Shown piece after piece: positions 53,273 through 64,000 of a stretch of DNA of 64,000 nt. The stretch is from assembly GCA_964016885.1 (NCBI GenBank), contig OZ024740.1, forward strand, positions 319,796,001 through 319,860,000, in the 5' to 3' direction. The notes below the pieces were generated by a model. The model was not told the DNA's origin. It made no database searches and worked only from the letters and a program-made list of their open reading frames with translations. Made by a program: the position numbers and the translations under genes. The stretch is from Eledone cirrhosa (Eukaryota). The number at the start of each line of letters is the position of its first letter. Position 1 is the stretch's first letter.

Positions 53273-53475
53273 TGTTTCTACTTTAGGCACAAGGCCAGCA
53301 ATTACCCAGTTCATTACTGGTACTTTATTTTATCGACCCCGTAAGGATGAAAGGCAAAGTGAACCTCGGCGGGATTTGAACTCAGATCGTAAAGGGACGT
53401 AACTATGCTGGAAAGCATGGCGTCCGACCCTCTACCGATACTGCCAATCCACCTACTACAGCCAGTAGGCATCTC
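53273..53475 (-). mobile_element. SINE inserted in the inverted PLE arm, 12-bp TSD
   Basis: tcgttaaataat at 53261-53272 and 53476-53487; absent from the partner arm. Confidence 0.88.
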
Positions 53476-53551
53476 TCGTTAAATAATGAACTTTTTTGTT
53501 TAATATAAGGAACTGTTTCATTGTTTTATTCATTATTTTTTTAATGTTTTT

Positions 53552-53597
<46 letters not shown>

Positions 53598-54244
53598 GAC
53601 TTTTTGATTATTATAGTTAAATTCTCTTATCTTGTATATCAATATTTATGCGTGCATTTGTGTGTGTATGTGTGTATGTGTGTGTGTGTGTCTGTGTGTC
53701 TGTCTGTTTATGGTTCTTCGTACTATAGTGTTTATTTTTATAATTAAGTTTGTTAGTGTGTGTGAATGTTATTGTTTATAGTCAATGTTGTATTATTGTG
53801 CATCTCTGTATATCATGTTTATTTACTTCTATATGTCTCAGTACAGTTATGAATTATGTATGTGCATATGTGCATATGTAACAATGTATCTTTGTATTTT
53901 ATTTTTCTGTATATAATTAGATGTAAGTGCTGGAGGGTGTATACAATTATGTTTAGTGATGTGAGTTCTGTTTCTATCTTTATGTGTTTGTTATTCGTTG
54001 TATCTTTGTTGTGTTGTTCGTATGTCTGGTGGTTGGTTTGGTCGTACATTTCTATGTGAGCCGTATTGTTTATGCATCCAGAGCAACGAGTGTCGGTGTA
54101 GATGTGAAAGATATAGCACATATAATTTTTTTTTTTTTTTTTAAGTGGTGTGTACTTGATCTTTGTTAATGTGTGTATAGAGTGGTGTTGGCTTATGTGT
54201 CTGTTGTTGTAGCAGTCAATAACTGTGTTTTATGTTTCAAGTGA

Positions 54245-54450
54245 AAGCGCATGGCTTTGTAGTTTAGAGCATTGGGCTTGCAATGATGGGGTTGTGAGTT
54301 CAATTCTCGGACCGGGTGATGCGATGTGTCCTTGAGAAAAACACTTTGTTTTATGTTTTCTTTCTGCCAGGAGTTGCGACCGGTAGAATCAGCAATGGAA
54401 AGACCAATGGGAACAAAAGTTTCCTTTGTCTGATTTGACTCGGCAAGCGA
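54245..54450 (+). mobile_element. CORE-like SINE
   Basis: A/B boxes, gtgtccttgag core. Confidence 0.7.
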
Positions 54451-54561
54451 ATGAGGTTTGATATCTTGTCGATCATCAGAACGATGTTTCAAGTGTGGTC
54501 GCTGTGTTGGTTTATAGGTTTGAGAAGGCATGTGTGTTTAATGTTATGTATTTTTGTGGTC

Positions 54562-54630
<69 letters not shown>

Positions 54631-54676
54631 AAATTAAATGTGTTTGATAATCAGATATTATATATATGCCATGATC

Positions 54677-54997
54677 GGCGCATGGCTTAGTGGTTAGAGC
54701 ATCGGGCTTGCAATTGAGAGGTTGTGAGTTCGATTCTCGGACAGGGTGATGCGCTGTGTCCTTGCACAAGACATTTTATTTCACGTTGCTCCAGTTTACT
54801 CAGCTGTAGAAATGAGTTGCAACGTCGCAGGTGCCAAGCTGTATCGGCCATTGCATCATCGATGGTGTGGAGAGGGGAGGCTGGTATGTATGGGTGACTG
54901 CTGGTCTTCCTCAAACAAGCTTGCCCGGACTTGTGCCTCGGAGGGTAACTTTCTAGGTGCAAATCCCATGGTCATTCGTGACCGAAGGGGGTCTTTA
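54677..54997 (+). mobile_element. CORE-like SINE, full-length long form
   Basis: tggcttagtggttagagc, gagttcgattc, tgtgtccttgcacaagac. Confidence 0.8.
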
Positions 54998-56472
54998 GAA
55001 TTTACCTTTCCCTTACATCATGATAGATTTTCTTCAGTTACAATTTGGATTTTTTTTTCTTCCTGATAAGATGTCTTATTATATGAGTACGTAGCGTATA
55101 ACATCAATTTAAGAAACAGTAGGAAATTTGATATCCAGAAATTGTGAATTTTCTGGTTTCTTGGTTTTTTGTTTCTTTTAGTGCATTATGTAAATAAAGA
55201 AATAGAGACCGCAACAGTGAATACCATTTTATTAGCTAAGTGCACAATAAGCATTTTAGACAAAAAAGTAAATTAAAATGTTCAAAATACAAAAGCAATA
55301 AATCAAATTCTTATTTCGAGTGGGCTAGATAACGAATACATATTTATTATGTGGTAAATTATATAGTAATGGAATCAGCAAAACAAGCAGTCTAAAGTTA
55401 AAAGTTCATTTTAAATAAACGAAAAATATTTTAACATTTAAAACATGCCATAAACTATTTAAATTCTCTAATTTCAGTGATTAATCTGTAGATGCACTTT
55501 CTTCCATGGATTTATTTAGGAATGTTCTAATGTCACTTTATTTCGCAGGTTCTGTTTTGCTGTGATCGATGTGTTTTTAAGTCTTCGCGCTTACAAAACT
55601 TCTTGTAAAAAAAAAAAAAGTAAACAAGCAACATAAACAAAAGAAAGAATTGTATCCATATTGAGCCTTAGTCGAAAACACCTTTCTTGATTGTTTCATT
55701 TCTATCATCTTCCTCAGAACAATTTGCTGGATCTGTATTGTCAAGATTAACAACTCTCTGGAATATTCCCTAATCTGAAATGTTTGGGTTGATTTAGTGC
55801 CATTGTCAACTATAATCTAATGATAGATATATTTATCTTCAAGACGATATGATAGATGTTCTAATGTCTGCATCTATTTTCTGATCCACCTAACATTTAA
55901 ATAATCAAGATTCTCTTCACCATGAGAAACTAAATCGTTAAACATGAAAATAAGACATTTTCCTTTTCACCTCGAAAGAGTGACGCATTTAACAAGCGTC
56001 CATGGAAAAGTAAATGCAAAGAGCGTATCCTTAATTATAAATTGGCTTCGGTAATCAGGGATGGGGACTTCTCTTAATCAAGTTAATTTCAGAAATTATT
56101 TCTATATTGATGCTTGAAATTCTGAATAATTCTCTGGTCCATTGCTTTTACCCTATGAAGTTAAAGTGACGTTGAGTGGAAAGTAACTATAACAAATATT
56201 TCCACAACCTGGAACTAACTTAGATAAATAGGGATAAGACGTACAGTTGTCAAGAAGTATGAGAAATTCTATGTTTAAAAGTTTACCTTTCTCACTTAAA
56301 TTAAGTCGAACATTTATCAGTGCCAATATAATGATGTTTCTGTGTGTGCTCTCAGTTATGTCACGCCTATGTTACTCTTTACTCTGTAACGTCCATAAAC
56401 TTATCGATCTTACCTCTACATCTCATCCACTTTTATCCTCGACTACGAGAACCTGTACGCCTCGTTCTATAA

Positions 56473-56680
56473 TCTTCTTCTTCTTCTTCTTCTTCTTCTT
56501 CTTCTTCTTCTTCTTCTTCTTCTTCTTCTTCTTCTTCTTCTTCTTCTTCTTCTTCTTCTTCTTCTTCTTCTTCGCCCACTTATTACTGAGAAGGTCATGG
56601 AGGCAGAGTCCTCAAACACTCCTTCCAGCAGGTTCTGTCGGAAGCAACCGTCTCCAACTGTTCCAGCTAGATCCCCAAGC
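56473..56680 (-). mobile_element. RTE LINE 3' end with (GAA)n tail
   Basis: Reverse homolog of 355-501. Confidence 0.7.
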
Positions 56681-56771
56681 AAGACCTTATATATTCTCTA
56701 CATATTGTTTTCCATCTGCTATATTTTGCTTGATTCGATGTTCTCTTTTTCGTACGTTTTATGATGCCCTG

Positions 56772-56957
56772 TACGAGGAGGACTGAAAAGTTCATAGGCT
56801 GACCAAGATACTCTCAAGGAATGACCAAATGAGGTATATTTTTCAACATAATCCCTGGAAACAAACAATTCGCGAGAAGAGTTGAAATGAAGATTTCAGT
56901 GCTCTAGGATCACACCTTCATAGACAGCCTATGAATGTTTCAGTCGATCCTCATGTA
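56772..56957. mobile_element. mariner-like MITE
   Basis: TIRs tacgaggaggactgaaaagttcataggctg ... cagcctatgaatgtttcagtcgatcctcatgta. Confidence 0.7.
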
Positions 56958-57002
56958 TATATATATATATATATATGAGGATCGACTGAAACATTCATAG
57001 GC

Positions 57003-57073
<71 letters not shown>

Positions 57074-57169
57074 GCACTCAACATACTTTTTCCACATAGG
57101 AGTGACGGAGTAAATATCGAATAAGGAAAAGCGAAGTAGTTTCAGATGTTCAAGTCCTTTAATAATAAT

Positions 57170-57243
57170 GCTGTGATATATATTTCAGTGACGACACTGG
57201 CCACACTGTTCTGTGTGCGAGTGTCGTGTCATCATCAGACAGC
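57170..57243 (-). ncRNA. Type I hammerhead with extended stem II
   Basis: gctgt-CTGATGA-tgacacgacact..cacac..gtgtg..agtgtcgtcact-GAAA-tatata-TC-acagc. Confidence 0.75.
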
Positions 57244-57289
57244 TTCTTACATAATAAGGTTATGTTTCCGAGGCAATCCAAATTGGATA

Positions 57290-57437
<148 letters not shown>

Positions 57438-57779
57438 ACACAGTAGAGAGAGACGAACACAGATATATGACTATCCGTGTTCAAATCACAAGGGGCAGAA
57501 ACGGCATCGAACCAGTTATTCTCGTCATTAAATTTCGATACAGTTCTACCCGAAAGCTGTCTGGGTACTTGATAGCCGTCATAGTAGGTTTGTATATCTC
57601 AATTTATCCTTTTAATTAAGTGCTGTAAACCATACTATTTTAGTCAGCATTTTCTTCATCCAGGCGATTTCTGTCCCTTGTGATTTGAACACACACACAC
57701 ATATATATATATATAGATAGATAGATAGATAGATGTATATGATATATATATATACACAATATATATATATATATATTTG

Positions 57780-57875
<96 letters not shown>

Positions 57876-57992
57876 GTATATGATATATATATACACAATA
57901 TATATATATATTTGATATATATATAGAGAGAGGGAGATAGATAGATAGATAGATGTATATGATATATATACAGTATATATACAGTATATATA

Positions 57993-58108
57993 TACATGAG
58001 GGTCGGCTTAAAAGTTCCTAGGCTGACCTAGACACTTTCATAGAATGACCAAGTGAGGTCATCACTCTTTCATAATCAGCCTATGAAACTCTCCAGCCGA
58101 GACTCATA
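57993..58108. mobile_element. mariner-like MITE (same family as 56772-56957)
   Basis: tgagggtcggcttaaaagttcctaggctga ... tcagcctatgaaactctccagccgagactca. Confidence 0.6.
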
Positions 58109-58749
58109 TTTTTGTTTGCTCTATTATATATTGACAAGTTTTTCTGTCCTTCTTAGTGATTTTCCTAGTATGTATTTTCCATAAAATGTTCTAATAAAAG
58201 AATTGAAATGGGAAGCAGAAGCCCCTTTAACGTCATTTGTATGCGTATACATATGATGGTTAATCCAAGTAATCGACAATAATGGTGTACACAGGCGGAA
58301 ACACTCAACATTAAGGATGTCACATGGTAATATATGTATCAGAGATTTCCAACCAGTTTTGCGCGATTGTCTACTTTCACATGGAAAACTTTTCCAACAC
58401 TCACCTGTATGGTAAATATTTATAAGCATAAATTCTAAATGGGCCGAAGCGAGCCAAGCGGAGCCTAACGAAGCCGAAGGACGCCAACGAGCAAAACGTA
58501 ATCGGCGCAAAGGCAAACCAGGCGAAAACGAATGACACCGACGGGCGAAAGGTTGTCGGTGCCGATACTCCGCTTGCTTCACCACGGCGCCTAAGCGGGG
58601 GAGGCGGAGACTAGTGAAGGAGAATGATGCCAAAAGACCATTCGCTGCATTTAAATTCTAAATTTAAATTCTAGCTTCTTCTTGGATTGAACTCTTTACA
58701 CTGTGTCGTTGTGTCGTTTACAATTTACAGTTGTGTAACCGGCTGTTGT

Positions 58750-58912
58750 AGGCGTTGAATTAGCAGAGTCGTTGGAACGTCGGATAGAAGGCTTTGTGGT
58801 ATTCGTTCCGGCTCTCTGCTCTCTGAGTTCAAATCCCACCGAGGTCAACTTTACCTTTCATTCTTTCGAAGTCGGTAAAAAAAAGTACCAGTCTAGTATT
58901 GGGGTCGATTCT
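58750..58912 (+). mobile_element. Diverged tRNA-derived SINE
   Basis: gagttcaaatccc, ctttacctttcattctttcgaagtcggtaaaa. Confidence 0.65.
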
Positions 58913-59589
58913 TCCTCTATATCTCTTTCCAACTTTCCTCGCTCTCACTTTCTATCTTTCTCTGAAAGAAATCTGCTGTACTTAGGCCTGGAGAGGCATG
59001 CCCTCTGCCAAGCTTAAAATGCCCAAGAAACGCCGTATGTCAATATGGCGTCCCTACTACTCTATCAAGATTTATGGGGGGAAAAGAAAAGGATAGGAAT
59101 CGGCAATTATACCACTCAACCACCAAGACAGTTCTATAGCTGAAACGTTTTTTGAGTGGTATTGCAAATATTTATCTTTTAATTCTTTGTTGTCATACCT
59201 GCTTTATACATACGTACAGATTTTATTAATTATATTACGGGGTCGATAAAATAAAGTACCAGTAATGCACTGATAATTGCTGGCCTTGTGCATAAAGTAG
59301 AAACAATTAATTATATTACATATTTAAATACCGGTTCGGTTATTCTATCAATTATCAAAAAATAATGTTACTATTATTTATGTATTTTCATATTTTCCTG
59401 AATAAATAAATAATTATATATATAATAATAATAATATTTATACTTATATATAAACTATAAACAGGAAAGGTCAGTATTTTTTTTTTTCTTACCACCTTAT
59501 TACCAGTATGAAAAATAGCTCAATGTAAATCGATCAGATGTATTACAGAGCAGGAATATAAAGTAACAACAATTAAATCTATGTTTAAT

Positions 59590-62500
59590 ACATGTTATTG
59601 CTGACAATCATTTCTTCCGAACAGTTGCATAAGAACTATAAGAAAACCACTATTAAAAACCTAGACGATATAAATATTGAAGGCCATAGTATAGTCTGTA
59701 AATTAAGACTTCAGAGATATATACAACCTTACATCCCTAACCCCCCAATATTCTCTCTGAAGGATCATAAAGAAGACTTTAATAGTAACCCCTCTATAAG
59801 ACTAATTTGCCCTTCCAAATCTGACATTGGAATTATTAGCAAAAAGATATCAGACAGGATCATCCCCAATTTAGGCAAAAAAATCTATCTTAACCTATGA
59901 GGAAATACCGGTGAAGTTATCGAATGGTTCAATAATATTAATGAGAATAAAAAAAAAAATGTATCCAATTTGATATTAATTCGTACTACACCTCTATATC
60001 TCCTATCCTATTAAACAAGGCATTAATAATGGCTATGAATAATAGTGACCTTACTAGATCCCAAGTTGATGTCATCCTTGCGGCCCGTAAAACCATAATT
60101 GTATTTGAGGATCAATTATGGACCCGAAAGGATACACTTAACAACTTTGACATAACTACGGGATCTAGTGGCTCGGCGCAGGTTACAGATTTGGTTGGTT
60201 TGTATCTTTTAAATGAAATTCATAAGAATTTACCCTACCTCAATTGTGGATTCTATTGCAACGATGCACTACTACTTATAGATTATTTAAAAAATTAATA
60301 TAGAAAGAAATAGAAAACAATTGCATAAACTATTTAAAAACTTCAACTTAAATATTACCTTAGATAAAAACACTAAAAATGTTAACTTCCTTGGTGCTAT
60401 CCTTTGCGTAGACTCTAAAATATATACACCCTTTCATAAACCAATTGAAAAACTACTTTATGTAGAAACCAACTCTAACCACCCTAAATCTATTTTAAAC
60501 TCGATAACTAAAGGAGTATCTAATAGAATAACCACTCTATCTTATAATGAAACTATATTTAAAGGAAATTCCCAATACTATAATGAAGCTTTAGCTCGCA
60601 CAGGCCATAAAGATAAAATTAAATTTTTACCTAAAAAATCTTCTAGTTATAATATTCTTTCACACAATATGGCCATGAATAAAATTAAAAGTAATAAAAG
60701 TACTGACCACTCTAACTCTAGTATAAAGGGTAATAACAAAGTTAACTCTCACCAAAATGAACATCCTAGAAATAATAATAAAAATATAAATAAAAACAAT
60801 ACTACAACTAACCTTACAAAAAATAATCACAAAAATAGAACTAATACATTTTTCAATCCCCCTTTCAATATAAATGTTTCCATCAACTTGTCTAAGGCTT
60901 TCTTCTCGACTATAGAAACAAACTTTCCAGTCAGCCATAGATACCATAATCTTATCAATAAAAATACTATTAAAATCTCTTACTCTACCACACCTAACAT
61001 TGTGAACCATATAGCTAGTAGTAATAAAAGGAAGATTAATAAATATTTCCAAGTGATTAAACCTCAACATAGGGAGAACCTGCATAACAACTTAGTACTG
61101 GAAAATTCTAGTAACAATAATAACAATAGTAATAACACTAATGATATTAATAGCAATAGGAATAATAATAATAATCATTATCCTAATACTCTTCCTAACA
61201 ATCATGCATCTACACACCCTATTAACCAGCAAGTAAACAACCAAAATAACTGTAATTGTAGAACAAATAGAACTTGCCCCTTGAGAAAAAACTGCTTAAT
61301 CAAAGATGAGGTTAACTTTGCCTTTCATCCTTACGGGGTCGATAAAATAAAGTACCAGTAATGCACTGGGTAAGTGCTGGCCTTGTGCCAAAAGTAGAAA
61401 CAATTATTTACCCCTGTACCGTCACTACAAGTAACATTTCGAAAATATATATTGGTTCTACCTCGAACTGCTTTAAGACGAAATATAACTCGCATCTTCA
61501 CACTTTCAAAAATCATAATCTAGCTAACTCCACTTCTTTATCTACCTACATACTCTCTTTGAAAACTAGGAATAGACCATATACACTACAATGGGAAGTA
61601 ATAGGTAGGGCCACTTCTTATAAACCACCGAATAGATTCTGTAACCTCTGTCTTTTGGAGTCTCGCACTATAATCTATTCTAAGCTAAACCTTTTAAATA
61701 GAAAGTCAGAGATTTTTTTCGTGTCAACGCTACCACCAACGCTCTTTCCACAATTTCAAACCTAGCCACTAATATATAACAATGTCAGATCTAGATTCCT
61801 CACCACCGTTAACACTTTACCTCTAGGTTTTATCAGCATAAAATTTCCCCCACATCATCACATTTTTGTATCAACTCCTATTTATCTCAGATCCTATACT
61901 CAATAATAACTATAAAGAATAAACATACATTTACCACCACTTAATATAACTATAATATCTTCCTTACTAATATTTCATTCGTTTAATTAATATATAAGTA
62001 AGTAGTGGACAATTGAGACCTTTAAATATTATATAAAAACAGATTATATAAAATAAATATATAAGGATTCACTTATATAATATAATGTATACTAACACAT
62101 AAAATTTAATTAATAGGATATATAAACAACTAACACTAGATTATATATTTTTCTGTTATACATAAATAAATCTTCAATTACCTCCCTTTTCGCATTAGCT
62201 CCCTGTAGTGAAAATCTCCAATCACTTCTTTGAATTTAAACCGTTAGGCATCACCACACCAGCTCGAAAAATTAACATCTGACTATATAAAAGAAATCAC
62301 TTCAGAACAACTCTAACCCTTAATCACTTTTATAATAAAGGCATTATACAATCCATAATTGTATCTATTGAAAATATTTAAAAATATTTCTTAAATATAA
62401 CCAATGAAATGGAAAAATCTATACTCACAACACATCTACATTTAAACATTACCAGAATAATTATCACATCACATCCACCATAAACTCACATAGAAACTGT

Positions 62501-63140
62501 TTTAACAATAATTATCTTGCTACATATACATATCTTAACACTACATAACATTTTTTGTACTACACAACAGCTTCATTTCTGCTTGGATTGCTTATTTAAT
62601 TATGTATCTGATCCACTCTCAAAGCATCCACTCTCAACGAAACTTTGTATATGTATATTACACAATTTGCTTCACAATTTTCACCTTATATCCTACCCAT
62701 GCATTCCTGACTGCTTAATATGTTCATTCTATTACACCTATATTTTGTGATATTTTTGCCATATTATGCTGTATATGCTTAATACTTCTGCATTCTTTGC
62801 CATATTATGCTGTATATGCTTAATACCCCTGAATTCTTACTGCCTATATGCTTATGTACCACTAATGTCCTCCTTTGCGAGTAACCTTCTTTTCTACTCT
62901 TTACTATACGTTTTGTTGCAGACCACAACATCTTCACTCACTTTGAATATGACACTATTGATAGCAACAATAGTATCAACGTATCTTTATGACTGTTCTG
63001 TAGAATAGGAATTTATTTATGTGTTTAAACTTTGCCAATGCTCCGATGATTCCAAACAACTGTTTGGAAGAAACGATTGTCAGCAATAAAATGTATTAAA
63101 CAAAGATTTGATTGTTCTCTACTTTATAATTATATATATA
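59590..63140 (+). mobile_element. Degenerate Penelope-like element (FNPP/CxC type), RT through GIY-YIG plus long 3' UTR
   Basis: IRLICPSKSDIG, FDITTGSSGSAQVTDLVG, VNFL..FHKP..SNHPKS, FFNPPF, CNCRTNRTCPLRKNC, YIGSTSN, CNLCLLE across frameshifted ORFs 59592-61765; SINE fragment inserted at about 61308-61402. Confidence 0.9.
63039..63085 (+). ncRNA. Type I hammerhead with U4-to-C core change at the PLE 3' end
   Basis: tgct-CCGATGA-ttccaaac(aact)gtttggaa-GAAA-cgattg-TC-agca. Confidence 0.68.
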
Positions 63141-63158
63141 TTTGTGTGTGTGTGTGTG

Positions 63159-63266
<108 letters not shown>

Positions 63267-64000
63267 TGTGCGCGCGTGGGTATTCGGCAAACTCATATAT
63301 ATTGTAGGTGATGTTACACCTCATATTTCATCGTTTTTTCCGACTGGAGGCCAAATTCGTTGAAAACCACAAAAACAAAAAAAAAAAAAAAAAAAAAAGG
63401 AAAATTTGTAACACGAGATGGATATAATTGTAAGAATTTACCAATTCAACAACACACCACCTTGCTGGCATATAACTCTTATTAACTATAAGGAAATGAA
63501 AATATATAAGCAATTCTAACAGAGCGCCGAATTTAAACCATCGTGGGTGTGGGGTGGGGCACCAGGCCAGATGTGCTCCCTCCTTACACAAACAATTTAA
63601 TACACAGCAAAGCCATAAAATTACATATCACCCTTGTTTATTGCACGTAATTGGAATTGACAAGTTATACATATATATAAATGCAAAAACTGACCAGTAA
63701 TACATAAATGCAATATGGAAATATACATAATATATACGGAATAGGTAAATGTTATAAATAAATGTATTGACATGTTAGTTACAACGCTGCCACAAAGATT
63801 TTAGCTTAAGCTAAAACGTATCAAATCCACCATAATAAGGTTAAACGCATCTACCAATACAAGACGTTATCTAAACTAAGTACAGTGTCATATCTACTTA
63901 TAGCGATATGTATCACTACAATGCCTACAAAACGTCTTTCTTTCCACATTTGAAAAATCTTCAATGAACTCATCAATCAGAATCATCTTCAGAACACTGC

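Larger units (their letters stand above)
48312..53560 (-). mobile_element. Penelope-like element (FNPP/CxC type), 5'-truncated in RT, inverted 3' copy (52531-53560 vs 48445-49267)
   Basis: RT + GIY-YIG frame, inverted arms, hammerhead in each arm, (TA)n flanks. Confidence 0.92.

Noticed and set aside
55660-56010. Possible minus-strand host exons (e.g. GIFQRVVNLDNTDPANCSEEDDRNETIKKGVFD*)
   Set aside because: Short, no recognisable homology and no consistent exon chain; needs RNA-seq

Overview
Eukaryotic, AT-rich, microsatellite-saturated DNA with no convincing host gene. The tRNA-derived SINE families and (TA)n/(TACA)n density suggest a cephalopod such as Octopus (inference). Almost all predicted ORFs are microsatellite artefacts. 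The real content is mobile DNA: at least six Penelope-like elements (PLEs; RT and/or GIY-YIG), four with inverted 3' pseudo-LTR copies and mostly embedded in (TA)n; RTE and R4/Dong-like LINE relics; about 20 SINEs; several MITEs; and a 29-bp minisatellite derived from a SINE tail. The most notable signal is a dense set of type I hammerhead ribozymes (17 motifs read by eye). Five belong to a non-coding, near-identical 465-bp tandem array (one inverted plus four direct units, 45752-48058) with the hallmarks of a PLE-mobilised retrozyme that could produce structured circular RNA. Seven others, from six sequence families, have unusually long stem II insertions (about 30-105 nt). All coordinates and pairings were read manually and need computational confirmation.
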